40,600 nucleotides of DNA. It comes from Candidatus Nanoarchaeia archaeon. GTDB taxonomy: Archaea > Nanobdellota > Nanobdellia > Woesearchaeales > JACPBV01. The notes below the pieces were generated by a model. It had not been told where the DNA came from. It was given only the letters and a program-made list of their open reading frames with translations, and did no database searches. The DNA lies in contig DASRUK010000109.1 in assembly GCA_035655475.1 (NCBI GenBank), positions 1 through 40,600 on the forward strand, read 5' to 3'. This document shows, piece by piece, positions 1 to 8,232 of the stretch. The translations under genes and the position numbers were made by a program. The number at the start of each line of letters is the position of its first letter. Within the stretch, counting starts at the first letter, position 1.

Positions 1-3000
1 AGCTGCAAAGAATGTGTGGTACCTGTCATCATGGTACATGGATTTACTGGAAATCCTAAGACATGGGACAATATGGATGAGTACCTCACTGATAAGGGAT
101 ACATAACCTATAGGTATGATTATTCCCCTGGCCTTGGAGATATAAAAGTGGCTGCAGGAGGCTTATCTGACTTTGTAGACAGCATAAAAAAAGAGATAGG
201 GGTTCCGAAAGTTGACTTAATCGGGCACTCTATGGGAGGCCTCGTGAGCAGATGGTATGCAAAAGCGCACCCTGAAAATGTCAGGAAGCTCCTAATGACC
301 GGAACTCCAAACCATGGATCATCTAGGTTTAATGCAGCAAAATGGCTTATGTATGGAGGGGCTATGCTGGGCGGGTTTCCGGCAAAAAATGTAAAAATCA
401 TAGAGACGGCAATTGCGCAAAGCACAGCAAGAAAGCAGATGCAGCCTTGCAGTGATTTTTTGAACACCCTTAACTATGGCAGGGCAGATGTTGATGACTG
501 CTTTGCCTCAGAAGATAATATTGGTGTGGAGACTTGGACAATGGCAGGCTACAAAGGAAGCCTTGTATGGCAAAGGTCGGTTGGGCCTAATGATAATTTC
601 GTGAGTGTCAATAGTGTGAAACTGAACCATTCAAACAATAAGCTCACCTATCTATCACACGGCGAGTTGAACAAAGATGAGCACACATTCTTATGGGTTG
701 ACCAGATACTAACGGGTGCTGTGCAGTCCTCTATGAGGGCGATGTCAAAATCATCAGCCATGAGCTATCAAACAGAAGATTATCAAGAGCTTCCTATGAT
801 AGAAGGGCATGTTGAGGCTGGAGAGGTAAGGAGCTACACTTTTGACCTTTATTCCATATCTGCTGCTGAAATCTCTCTGGGGTATATAGGAGAAGAGGTT
901 GAATTCAGCCTGAGAAGACCGGATGGTTTAGAAGAAAGCAATCTTACTGAAGAGGGAAATATCAAAACATATAGTCTTAATGATCCAATAGAAGGAGAAT
1001 GGCAAGCTATAGTAACTGGTGGGAGCAGCGATTTTGGAATATTTATATCTGTGGAGAGCGCTATTAGCATAAAACAAGCAACAGACAAATTATATTATGC
1101 TAAAAATGAGATAGTCAATGTTAGTGTCTTGCTTGAAAGCTCTGGCAGTCCTATCACCAGCTCAGGGGTAAATGCAGAGATGCTCCTGCCGGACGCAAAA
1201 AAACAGACGATGATCCTGCTGGATGATGGCTTGCATAATGATCTGCTTGCTAATGACGGCATATATGGATATGCATTTGATGAGACATCAATACCCGGCA
1301 CATATGAGGTTAAGGTAAATGCAAGCGGAACATATGAGGGAAAGCCTTATACAAGGGAGATAAGATTTTCTTTTTGGGTGTTATCTCAGCCTGATCTGCT
1401 CGTGAAGGATATATATCTGCCAAACATCGACGGGGAGAATATAACAATTGAAGCGAGCATCAAGAACTTGGGTGAAGATGCACACAATGCCTCAATCGAA
1501 GCGTATGATGGGGATATATTAATCGGAAGGATAGTTATGGATATTATGAAAAAAGCGACAAAAAAAGCAATATTTAACTGGAGCAATGCAACTGTCGGCA
1601 AACACAATATATCTGCGTTAATATCTCCTTTCAACGCTTTTATCGAAACCAATTACTCAAACAACAGGCTTACAAAGGAAGTGTCAATATATCCAGAAAG
1701 CATCTACCTAAACGAACAGTCTGAGATTATGCTTGAGTTTGAGCAAAAGGAAGATAAAACAGCCTTTATAAAAGTGCCAAGAGGCATGTCGCTTAAACAG
1801 GGGCAGTTTGATGTTAGGTTTATTGCTGAGAATCCAGAAAGAGTTGTAAAGTTGTGGGATAGATACTACAGGTTTGGCAAAGGAGGGCACTGTACAGCGG
1901 TAAAGATAGCGGACCAGGGATATATCCTGACAGGATCGCCGTCAGAAAATATCTATCTCCTAAAAACAGACGAGGAAGGGAATGCTGACTGGAACAAGAC
2001 ATTTGATTGGGCAGGGGATGATGGGGAAAACTCAGTTGATGTCACCTCCGATGAAGGATATATAATAACGGGGTTCACGAACTCCTATGGTGCTGGAAAT
2101 TATGACATGCTGGCAATCAAGACGGATAGCTATGGAAACATAGAATGGAACAAGACATTTGGCGGCCAAAATATGGAAACAGGTTTTCATGCAAAGCAAA
2201 CTGATGATGGAGGGTATCTAATTCTTGGATATACTCTTTCGTATGGGACAAATGGGGAAATCTACCTTGTAAAAACCAACGCTACAGGAGATATGTTATG
2301 GACAAAAACATTTGGCGGAAACCATATAGACAGAGGACATTCGCTTGAACCCACTTCTGATGGAGGTTATATCCTCTCAGGATATTCTGGGTCTTACAGC
2401 TCAGGAAACATCGATCTTTACCTTCTCAAGATTAATGACCTGGGGGAGGAGGAATGGCATAAGATAATGGGCGGCAAAGGCACTGAAAAAGGATATGATG
2501 CCAAACAAATAGAAGATGGATTCATAATCGCAGGCTATACTAATTCAACAGGTGCTGGACTTTATGATATGTGGTTGATTAAGACAGATAACTTTGGAAA
2601 TGCTTTATGGAACAAGACTTTTGGCGGCAAGGGCTTTGAAATAGCAAGGTCACTTATCATAACTGAAGATGGGTATTTGCTATCAGGATATACTTCATCC
2701 TTTAGCGGCAACTATGATGCTTATTTTGTAAAGACTGATAATCAGGGTAATATTGAATGGAACAAAACATTTGATACTGGGCTGGATGAACAAATCTGGG
2801 AAACAACATACTCAGATGGATACTATACGGCATGCGGTAAGGCATCAGAAGATGCATACCTAGTCAGTTTCTATGCTCAGCAGATGAAGGTTGATGCCTT
2901 GAATGATGGATCTACAGACCGCAGGTTGTTTCCTTCTTATTCAGCAAAAATAAGCATATCAGGTAAAGAATCTTTAGTGCCCATATCCATAAGTTCCTAC

Positions 3001-3468
3001 AAAGGCTTTGCAGAGATAACAAACATCAATCTTGCATTTAGCTATCTTAATGCTTATAATCTTTCGCTGCAAAATGGATGGAACCTTATTTCACTGCCGT
3101 TAATGCAGGTAAACAATTCCATATGCCATCTTTTTAAAAATTTAGCAGTATTTGGATATGACGGAACCTGGCAATATTATTATAATGAAAGCGCCAATAA
3201 TTTCAGGGAGCTTGAGCCAGCAAAAGGATACTGGATAAAATCATCTGAGCCTCAAGAGTTGTCAATTGCCGGTGAGGAGTATGAGAATGAAGTCGATATC
3301 AAGCTTAAAGCTGGATGGAATCTTATAGGGTATCCTTATCTTACTGAGGGAAATATAAACGGCAATGCTTTTTCTTACAACAATTCATGGCATAGAACAA
3401 ATGTTCTTGAGCCTTGGAAAGGGTATTGGATATATAGCAGGAATGATACCAATCTTTCGATAGAATAA
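1..3468 (+). CDS. Large multidomain surface/secreted protein, 5'-partial: alpha/beta-hydrolase (lipase/esterase-like) head + PPC/CARDB-like Ig-fold modules + SBBP-type beta-propeller + duplicated C-terminal module
   Basis: The track ORF 16..3468 starts at GTG, but the same frame is open from nt 1, so the N-terminus (and any signal peptide) is probably off-window. It carries the oxyanion-type MVHGFTG and the nucleophile elbow GHSMGG. A CARDB-like segment runs PDLLVKDIYLP...NNRLTKEV. Six to seven ~51-aa repeats end in [DE]WNKTFGG. The C-terminal module (GWNLI..P...KGYWI) occurs twice. Confidence 0.8.
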   Translation, partial: SCKECVVPVIMVHGFTGNPKTWDNMDEYLTDKGYITYRYDYSPGLGDIKVAAGGLSDFVDSIKKEIGVPKVDLIGHSMGGLVSRWYAKAHPENVRKLLMTGTPNHGSSRFNAAKWLMYGGAMLGGFPAKNVKIIETAIAQSTARKQMQPCSDFLNTLNYGRADVDDCFASEDNIGVETWTMAGYKGSLVWQRSVGPNDNFVSVNSVKLNHSNNKLTYLSHGELNKDEHTFLWVDQILTGAVQSSMRAMSKSSAMSYQTEDYQELPMIEGHVEAGEVRSYTFDLYSISAAEISLGYIGEEVEFSLRRPDGLEESNLTEEGNIKTYSLNDPIEGEWQAIVTGGSSDFGIFISVESAISIKQATDKLYYAKNEIVNVSVLLESSGSPITSSGVNAEMLLPDAKKQTMILLDDGLHNDLLANDGIYGYAFDETSIPGTYEVKVNASGTYEGKPYTREIRFSFWVLSQPDLLVKDIYLPNIDGENITIEASIKNLGEDAHNASIEAYDGDILIGRIVMDIMKKATKKAIFNWSNATVGKHNISALISPFNAFIETNYSNNRLTKEVSIYPESIYLNEQSEIMLEFEQKEDKTAFIKVPRGMSLKQGQFDVRFIAENPERVVKLWDRYYRFGKGGHCTAVKIADQGYILTGSPSENIYLLKTDEEGNADWNKTFDWAGDDGENSVDVTSDEGYIITGFTNSYGAGNYDMLAIKTDSYGNIEWNKTFGGQNMETGFHAKQTDDGGYLILGYTLSYGTNGEIYLVKTNATGDMLWTKTFGGNHIDRGHSLEPTSDGGYILSGYSGSYSSGNIDLYLLKINDLGEEEWHKIMGGKGTEKGYDAKQIEDGFIIAGYTNSTGAGLYDMWLIKTDNFGNALWNKTFGGKGFEIARSLIITEDGYLLSGYTSSFSGNYDAYFVKTDNQGNIEWNKTFDTGLDEQIWETTYSDGYYTACGKASEDAYLVSFYAQQMKVDALNDGSTDRRLFPSYSAKISISGKESLVPISISSYKGFAEITNINLAFSYLNAYNLSLQNGWNLISLPLMQVNNSICHLFKNLAVFGYDGTWQYYYNESANNFRELEPAKGYWIKSSEPQELSIAGEEYENEVDIKLKAGWNLIGYPYLTEGNINGNAFSYNNSWHRTNVLEPWKGYWIYSRNDTNLSIE
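1918..2875 (+). repeat. Tandem protein-level repeats (~150-160 nt period), SBBP-like beta-propeller blades inside the first CDS
   Basis: The motif G[YF][IL]..G[YF]T.S....D..L.KTD..GN..WNKTFGG recurs. The WNKTF/WTKTF/WHKIM cores sit near nt 1989, 2152, 2299, 2455, 2608 and 2758, followed by a degenerate last blade. The repeats are diverged at DNA level. Confidence 0.7.
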
Positions 3469-3484
3469 CCTTTAGAGAAGAAAA

Positions 3485-3494
3485 ATATTTAAAG
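3485..3494 (+). promoter_or_regulatory. Archaeal TATA-box-like element (ATATTTAAAG) for the CDS starting at 3519
   Basis: The TTTAAA core centre lies ~28 nt upstream of the ATG. The same spacing is seen at about a dozen other first genes in this window. Confidence 0.45.
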
Positions 3495-3518
3495 AGTTTT
3501 TGTCGAGAAGGCTATTGC

Positions 3519-4415
3519 ATGAACAAAAGAGGGCAGATAGCAGTATTTGTGATTATTGGGATTGTGGTACTTGTTCTTGTTGGGCTTGTGCTCGCTGCCA
3601 AATCAAGTATTGATAAAAAGGTAAGTGAGAGGGAGACCGCCAAAGCAGGAGAGATAGCCTTTGAGGTAGGGCCGATAAAGGCATATGCACAGGGCTGCCT
3701 GAAGATGGCTGGTGAGAACGGGATTTGGATACTGGGCTTGCATGGTGGATATCTGAATACATCCGTAGACAATAGGTATAAGGAAGAAGGCACAGCAGCA
3801 AATATGGTTTACCTGGGAACAGACATCCCCTACTATCTTGGCGCTGGAGGCAGTGTTTTGGAACTATCCCAAATCGAGCAAAAACTTGCAAGATATGTCA
3901 TAGTCAAATTTGACGAATGCATGGCGCTCAATAACTTTGATGAAGATGGATTTTCTCTTGAACGGCCTATTATTGATTATGCAGGCATCGGCTTTAATTT
4001 TAGTGCAATCAATGTAAAAAGCAATGTCAGCATCAATCAAGATAATGTCGTTGTCAATGTTGCCTATCCTATGAAAGCCAAAAAAAAGGAGTTTGAGGCA
4101 CGGCTGAGTGAATTTAGAGTTGACTTACCTATCAGGGTGGGCATGATATACAGCCTCATTGCCGACAATATCCTTACTAACATATCCAACTCATGGGCGA
4201 ATGGCCAGCTGTTTGATGCTTCTGCAATAAACTGCAATGAATATGATATATCAAATAAGACTAATATATATAGCATAAGCATGGGAAATGATGGCATAGT
4301 ACGCATTATCGATTACTATCCATACTATCATAAATATACCAAATCATTTATATTCCAGTTTGCAGTGAATAACAACCCGCAAGCTGTCAGTGAAGGAAAA
4401 TGCACAGACCATTAA
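3519..4415 (+). CDS. Hypothetical membrane-anchored/secreted protein with class III (type IV pilin-like) signal-peptide-like N-terminus
   Basis: A 298-aa ORF. The N-terminus MNKRGQ-IAVFVIIGIVVLVLVGLVLAA has a basic residue, G, Q and a hydrophobic helix, like archaeal prepilin-peptidase substrates. The rest is soluble with no motif I recognise. Confidence 0.7.
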   Translation: MNKRGQIAVFVIIGIVVLVLVGLVLAAKSSIDKKVSERETAKAGEIAFEVGPIKAYAQGCLKMAGENGIWILGLHGGYLNTSVDNRYKEEGTAANMVYLGTDIPYYLGAGGSVLELSQIEQKLARYVIVKFDECMALNNFDEDGFSLERPIIDYAGIGFNFSAINVKSNVSINQDNVVVNVAYPMKAKKKEFEARLSEFRVDLPIRVGMIYSLIADNILTNISNSWANGQLFDASAINCNEYDISNKTNIYSISMGNDGIVRIIDYYPYYHKYTKSFIFQFAVNNNPQAVSEGKCTDH

Positions 4416-5491
4416 ATAATATCTATATCGGAATACTGCTTATCATTATAGCCTCTTACAGCTATGCAGTAGAAGATGATGCTGATAAGGACGGCATACC
4501 TGATGCGACAGATAAATGTCTTGCAGGCAGCATCCTTCCTGTAGACAATTATGGATGTGATTGCAGCCAAAAGAGGGCATGCAGCGGTGATAAATGGTGC
4601 TGTCCTGCTGGCGCAGCATGTATAGATCATGAGTCGAGCGCAAGATGCGCAGAGGACTCAGACAAAGACAATGTTCTTGATATAGGTGACAGATGCCTTG
4701 GAACAAAGCAAGGCTTTGCTACTGATGAATATGGGTGCTCCTGTGAGCAGAAAGAATGCGATGACAACAATCCTTGCACAGACGACCAATGTTCACCTGC
4801 CAGCGTCCAGTGCACCTTTGCTGTTGACAACACCAATACTTGCGGACAGAACAATGCCTGTCAAGAGGGAGTTTGCATCTATCAGGGATATGAGGAGTAT
4901 TACTATTATGTCTATGATGCTGATCAGGAAAAATTATCAATATATTACAAGCATTCAGTGCATGTCATCGATGTAGTGTTTAGCGAGCCACTGCTAGAAG
5001 ACATTATCGTAATCGACTCGACAAGCGAGGTCGTTGATTATCAACTGCAGGATGACCGTAAAAAACTGACAGTCACTGTGCAAGGGAAGGATGGAACAGA
5101 AGGCCAAACATCGATAAAAACAAAACAAGAGCCAAAGTCAGTGTCCATAGATTCCAGGCAGATTCCAAAGATAAATGAAAAGCTTTCTCCAAAGAGTCCA
5201 ACCTGGCTTTATATCATCTCCATTGCCATGATGTTTGGTATAATGCTTATCGTTGTATTCTCTTTAAGAAGACACGAAGACGTTGTTATGGGAACTATAA
5301 AAAAAGAAGAGGACAAGATAGAAAGAGAGGTCAGCCTTGAGGCAGAGCTTCAGCTTAAGATGTATATAATGACCAACCTTAAAAGGGGGTACCAGGCTCT
5401 GCAAATAAGGAATGAACTGATAAGAGATGGATGGAAGCCTCATGTGGTAGACCGGGTGTTTCAGAGCATGAGCGGAAGATTTTATAAGTAG
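4400..5491 (+). CDS. Cys-rich single-pass membrane protein with two thrombospondin-type-3-like (Asp-rich, Ca-binding-like) repeats and a cytoplasmic C-terminal tail
   Basis: A 363-aa ORF overlapping the upstream gene by 16 nt, with a hydrophobic N-terminal signal/anchor. DDADKDGIPDATDKC...YGCDCSQKRAC is duplicated as DSDKDNVLDIGDRC...YGCSCEQKEC. A TM helix WLYIISIAMMFGIMLIVVFSL lies near aa 268-290, followed by a ~70-aa tail. Confidence 0.7.
   Translation: MHRPLNNIYIGILLIIIASYSYAVEDDADKDGIPDATDKCLAGSILPVDNYGCDCSQKRACSGDKWCCPAGAACIDHESSARCAEDSDKDNVLDIGDRCLGTKQGFATDEYGCSCEQKECDDNNPCTDDQCSPASVQCTFAVDNTNTCGQNNACQEGVCIYQGYEEYYYYVYDADQEKLSIYYKHSVHVIDVVFSEPLLEDIIVIDSTSEVVDYQLQDDRKKLTVTVQGKDGTEGQTSIKTKQEPKSVSIDSRQIPKINEKLSPKSPTWLYIISIAMMFGIMLIVVFSLRRHEDVVMGTIKKEEDKIEREVSLEAELQLKMYIMTNLKRGYQALQIRNELIRDGWKPHVVDRVFQSMSGRFYK
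5479..5490 (+). promoter_or_regulatory. TATA-box-like element (TTTATAAG) embedded in the 3' end of the upstream CDS, serving the CDS at 5510
   Basis: The core centre lies ~25.5 nt upstream of ATG 5510. Confidence 0.4.
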
Positions 5492-5509
5492 CTGGAATAT
5501 CTCGTTCTT

Positions 5510-6013
5510 ATGAGCATAATTGCCATTACAGGGTCTGTGTGCAGTGGAAAGACCACCCTAAGCAAGCTTCTTGCTAGAAAGCTTGGATTCAGATATATAT
5601 CTGGAAGCGAGGTAGTCGAAAAGTACAAGCTTTCTTTGGGCTATGACAGAAAAAGGAAATGCAAGATAATCGATGAGAAACAGTTTTCGAAAGCTGTCTT
5701 AAAAGAGATTGACGGAAAAGATGCTGTTGTGGATTCTCATATGAGCCATTATCTGCCTGCAAAGCATGTTGATTTATGCATAGTTACAAAATGCGATATC
5801 AAAGAGATGAAAAAAAGGCTTAGCAAAAGAAACTATAGCCAGTTAAAGATAAAGGAGAATATCGAATGTGAGATATTTGATGTTTGCACTAGCGAGGCAA
5901 GGGAATTTGGGCATAAAGTCCTAGTTATATCCACAACGAAAGGTATAAATATTGAAGAAATTCTTGGCAGGCTGACAAAAAATGGAATTAAACCCTCAAG
6001 CAATAGAACTTAA
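5510..6013 (+). CDS. Fap7 / adenylate kinase isoenzyme-6-like P-loop NTPase
   Basis: A 167-aa ORF. It has the Walker A motif ITGSVCSGKTT at the N-terminus, then VDSHMSHYLP...VDLCIVTKCD...L..RL..RNYS..KI.ENIECEIF, the layout of archaeal Fap7-type kinases. Confidence 0.7.
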   Translation: MSIIAITGSVCSGKTTLSKLLARKLGFRYISGSEVVEKYKLSLGYDRKRKCKIIDEKQFSKAVLKEIDGKDAVVDSHMSHYLPAKHVDLCIVTKCDIKEMKKRLSKRNYSQLKIKENIECEIFDVCTSEAREFGHKVLVISTTKGINIEEILGRLTKNGIKPSSNRT

Positions 6014-7262
6014 CAATGCAATAAAGGCGGCGAACACAAATGTTAATGAGATGCTGTCAGAGAAAGGCAAAGCTATCTTTTTTCCAAAAAAGGGAATACT
6101 TGGACAAGGGGCTGAGGCAAAGGGAAAGAAGATAAATGCGACGATAGGCATAGCGCTTGAAGAAGACGGCAGCCCTATGAGGCTTAAGTCCATATCAAAG
6201 AGGGTCAAGCTTGAGCCAGGTGATGTTTTTCCTTATGCTCCTAGCTTTGGCAAAAAAGAGCTTAGAGACAAATGGAAGGAGATGCTTTACAAGAAAAATC
6301 CAGGGCTTCTTGGGAAAGAGTTAAGCCTGCCAATCGTCACCAATGCACTTACTCATGGCCTTAGCATGGTAGGGTATATGTTTATCGATGCTGGCGATAA
6401 GGTGATACTCCCTGACCAGTATTGGGGGAACTACAGGCTGATACTTTCTAATGCATACGGGGCTCTTCTTCAGACTTTTCAAATGTTTTCTGGGAGCGGA
6501 TTTAACCTAGATGGGCTTAGGGAAAGCTTGCAAGGAGAAGGAAAGAAAATACTGCTCTTAAATTTTCCTAACAATCCCACAGGATACACTCCCACTATCG
6601 CAGAGGCATCTGCGATAAGAGAGATAATCCTTGATGCAGCAAAACAGGGCCAGAAGATAATAGCCATAGTTGATGATGCTTATTTTGGGCTTGTATTTGA
6701 AGAGGGAATCCTAAAGGAATCGATATTCTCAATGCTTTGCGGCCTGCATGAAAATGTCCTTGCAATAAAGCTTGATGGAGCTACCAAGGAAGATTATGCC
6801 TGGGGGCTTAGGGTAGGATTTATCACTTATGGAACATTAGATGGAAACAGGCAATTATACGAGGCTTTGGAAAATAAGACAACAGGTGCTGTAAGGGGAA
6901 GCATATCCAACTGCTCGCATCTTGGCCAATCGCTTGTATACCATGCTTTCAGCGACCCAAGCTACTGGAATGAGAAGGCAAATAAGTTTAAGATTCTCAA
7001 TAGAAGGTACAAAGAAGTAAAAAAGACGCTTAAGAATAAATCATACGGGGAAGAGTTCAGCCCACTTCCTTATAACTCGGGCTATTTTATGTGCATCCAG
7101 CTTAAGAAAAAAGACGGAGAGCATGTCAGAAAAATACTCTTGGACAAATATGATACAGGGGTAATCTCACTTGGCAATATCATTAGGATAGCATTCTCTT
7201 CTGTAAGGACAGAAGACATAAAACAATTGTTTGATAACATCTATAATGCTTGCAGGGAATAA
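5982..7262 (+). CDS. Class I/II PLP-dependent aminotransferase (aspartate-aminotransferase-like)
   Basis: A 426-aa ORF. It has LNFPNNPTGYTP (the N-P-T-G motif) and a Lys-region ATKEDYAWGLRVGF (SxxK...GxRxG type). The N-terminal MLSEKGKAIFFPKKGILGQGAEAK...NATIGIA block looks conserved, so the 32-nt overlap with the upstream gene is probably real. Confidence 0.85.
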   Translation: MELNPQAIELNNAIKAANTNVNEMLSEKGKAIFFPKKGILGQGAEAKGKKINATIGIALEEDGSPMRLKSISKRVKLEPGDVFPYAPSFGKKELRDKWKEMLYKKNPGLLGKELSLPIVTNALTHGLSMVGYMFIDAGDKVILPDQYWGNYRLILSNAYGALLQTFQMFSGSGFNLDGLRESLQGEGKKILLLNFPNNPTGYTPTIAEASAIREIILDAAKQGQKIIAIVDDAYFGLVFEEGILKESIFSMLCGLHENVLAIKLDGATKEDYAWGLRVGFITYGTLDGNRQLYEALENKTTGAVRGSISNCSHLGQSLVYHAFSDPSYWNEKANKFKILNRRYKEVKKTLKNKSYGEEFSPLPYNSGYFMCIQLKKKDGEHVRKILLDKYDTGVISLGNIIRIAFSSVRTEDIKQLFDNIYNACRE

Positions 7263-7263
7263 A

Positions 7264-7815
7264 ATGGCAAAATCAAACTTGAGAGACAAATTGCACTATA
7301 TCTTTGGGCATATCATGGCTATAGTCGCCTTGGTAATAGTAGTTATAGTATTTGGAGGAGCTTATTATTTTATCATAGCTCCAAACCTTGTCTCAAAACC
7401 CTCAATCGAGAAGCCTGCTTTTTCTGAGAATGCCATCGAAGAGATGAGCGAGGGAAAACAGGCAATAAGCCCTGAGCATATCAACTATCTTGTAAACGAG
7501 CTAGATGGCTATAAACTAAAGAATACCTGGGGAGACAAACTTCCCATAATCGAATTTTTGTTCACAGATACAAACGTCAGGTATTACTCATATGTCAAAG
7601 ACCATGTTCCGATAACCAAAGAAGGAAATGCAAAGGGAAATGATATACTTATCAAAGGCAGCCAGCAGGTGGCTTACGAGATAATTGAGTCAGGCAATAT
7701 CCCCCAGGCAACAAAACAGGCTGTAGATTCAGGCAAGCTTTCTGTAGAGCTTGTGTCTGACATGAAGACCCTTGCTACAAAAGGCTATCTTTCTATATAT
7801 GACAACGTAAGATGA
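7264..7815 (+). CDS. Hypothetical N-terminally membrane-anchored protein
   Basis: The track ORF starts at 7231, inside the aminotransferase gene. ATG 7264 (MAKSNLR...) lies 1 nt after that gene's stop. One TM helix IMAIVALVIVVIVFGGAYYFIIA is present; no recognisable domain. Confidence 0.6.
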   Translation: MAKSNLRDKLHYIFGHIMAIVALVIVVIVFGGAYYFIIAPNLVSKPSIEKPAFSENAIEEMSEGKQAISPEHINYLVNELDGYKLKNTWGDKLPIIEFLFTDTNVRYYSYVKDHVPITKEGNAKGNDILIKGSQQVAYEIIESGNIPQATKQAVDSGKLSVELVSDMKTLATKGYLSIYDNVR

Positions 7816-8180
7816 AGATAAGGATAAGGTGCGGCCAAATAGATAAAGAAGCTCAGCTTGATGATTCATCTACCGCAAAAACCGCCTATGATAACCTACC
7901 TATCAAGGGCAGCATCCATAGATGGGGAGATGAGATATATTTTGATGTCCCTTTCCATATAGGGCTTGAGGTGGATGCAAGGGAGGTTGTTTTTAAAGGA
8001 GAGATCGGTTTTTGGCCTGAGGGAGACTGTTTTTGCATATTCTTTGGCAAGACGCCTATGTCTGAAGAGAATGAGATAAGGGCTGCATCTAAAGTAAATG
8101 TATTTGGCAAGATAATAGGAGATAGTACTGTGTTTAAGGGTGCTCTTGAAGGGCAAAGCATACTGGTAGAGAAAATCTAG
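7812..8180 (+). CDS. Cyclophilin-like superfamily protein (TM1367-type Cyclophil_like family)
   Basis: A 122-aa ORF with a 4-nt ATGA overlap with the upstream gene. L.DSSTAK......LP.......WGDEIYF......L........V..GEIGFWPEGDCFCIFFGKTP...........VNVFGKI matches the characteristic pattern of this family. Confidence 0.75.
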   Translation: MKIRIRCGQIDKEAQLDDSSTAKTAYDNLPIKGSIHRWGDEIYFDVPFHIGLEVDAREVVFKGEIGFWPEGDCFCIFFGKTPMSEENEIRAASKVNVFGKIIGDSTVFKGALEGQSILVEKI

Positions 8181-8201
8181 TTGTTATCCTCCTAACATAA
8201 T

Positions 8202-8211
8202 CTATTTAAAT
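8202..8211 (+). promoter_or_regulatory. TATA-box-like element (CTATTTAAAT) for pckG
   Basis: The TTTAAA centre lies ~25.5 nt upstream of ATG 8233. Confidence 0.45.
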
Positions 8212-8232
8212 GGTCATTGAATCTTTTTTCCT

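Noticed and set aside
4412-4976. Several 70-96-aa alternative-frame ORFs on both strands inside the Cys-rich gene.
   Set aside because: The main frame shows an internally duplicated TSP3-like/Cys motif and a coherent signal, ectodomain, TM and tail layout. The others have no such structure.
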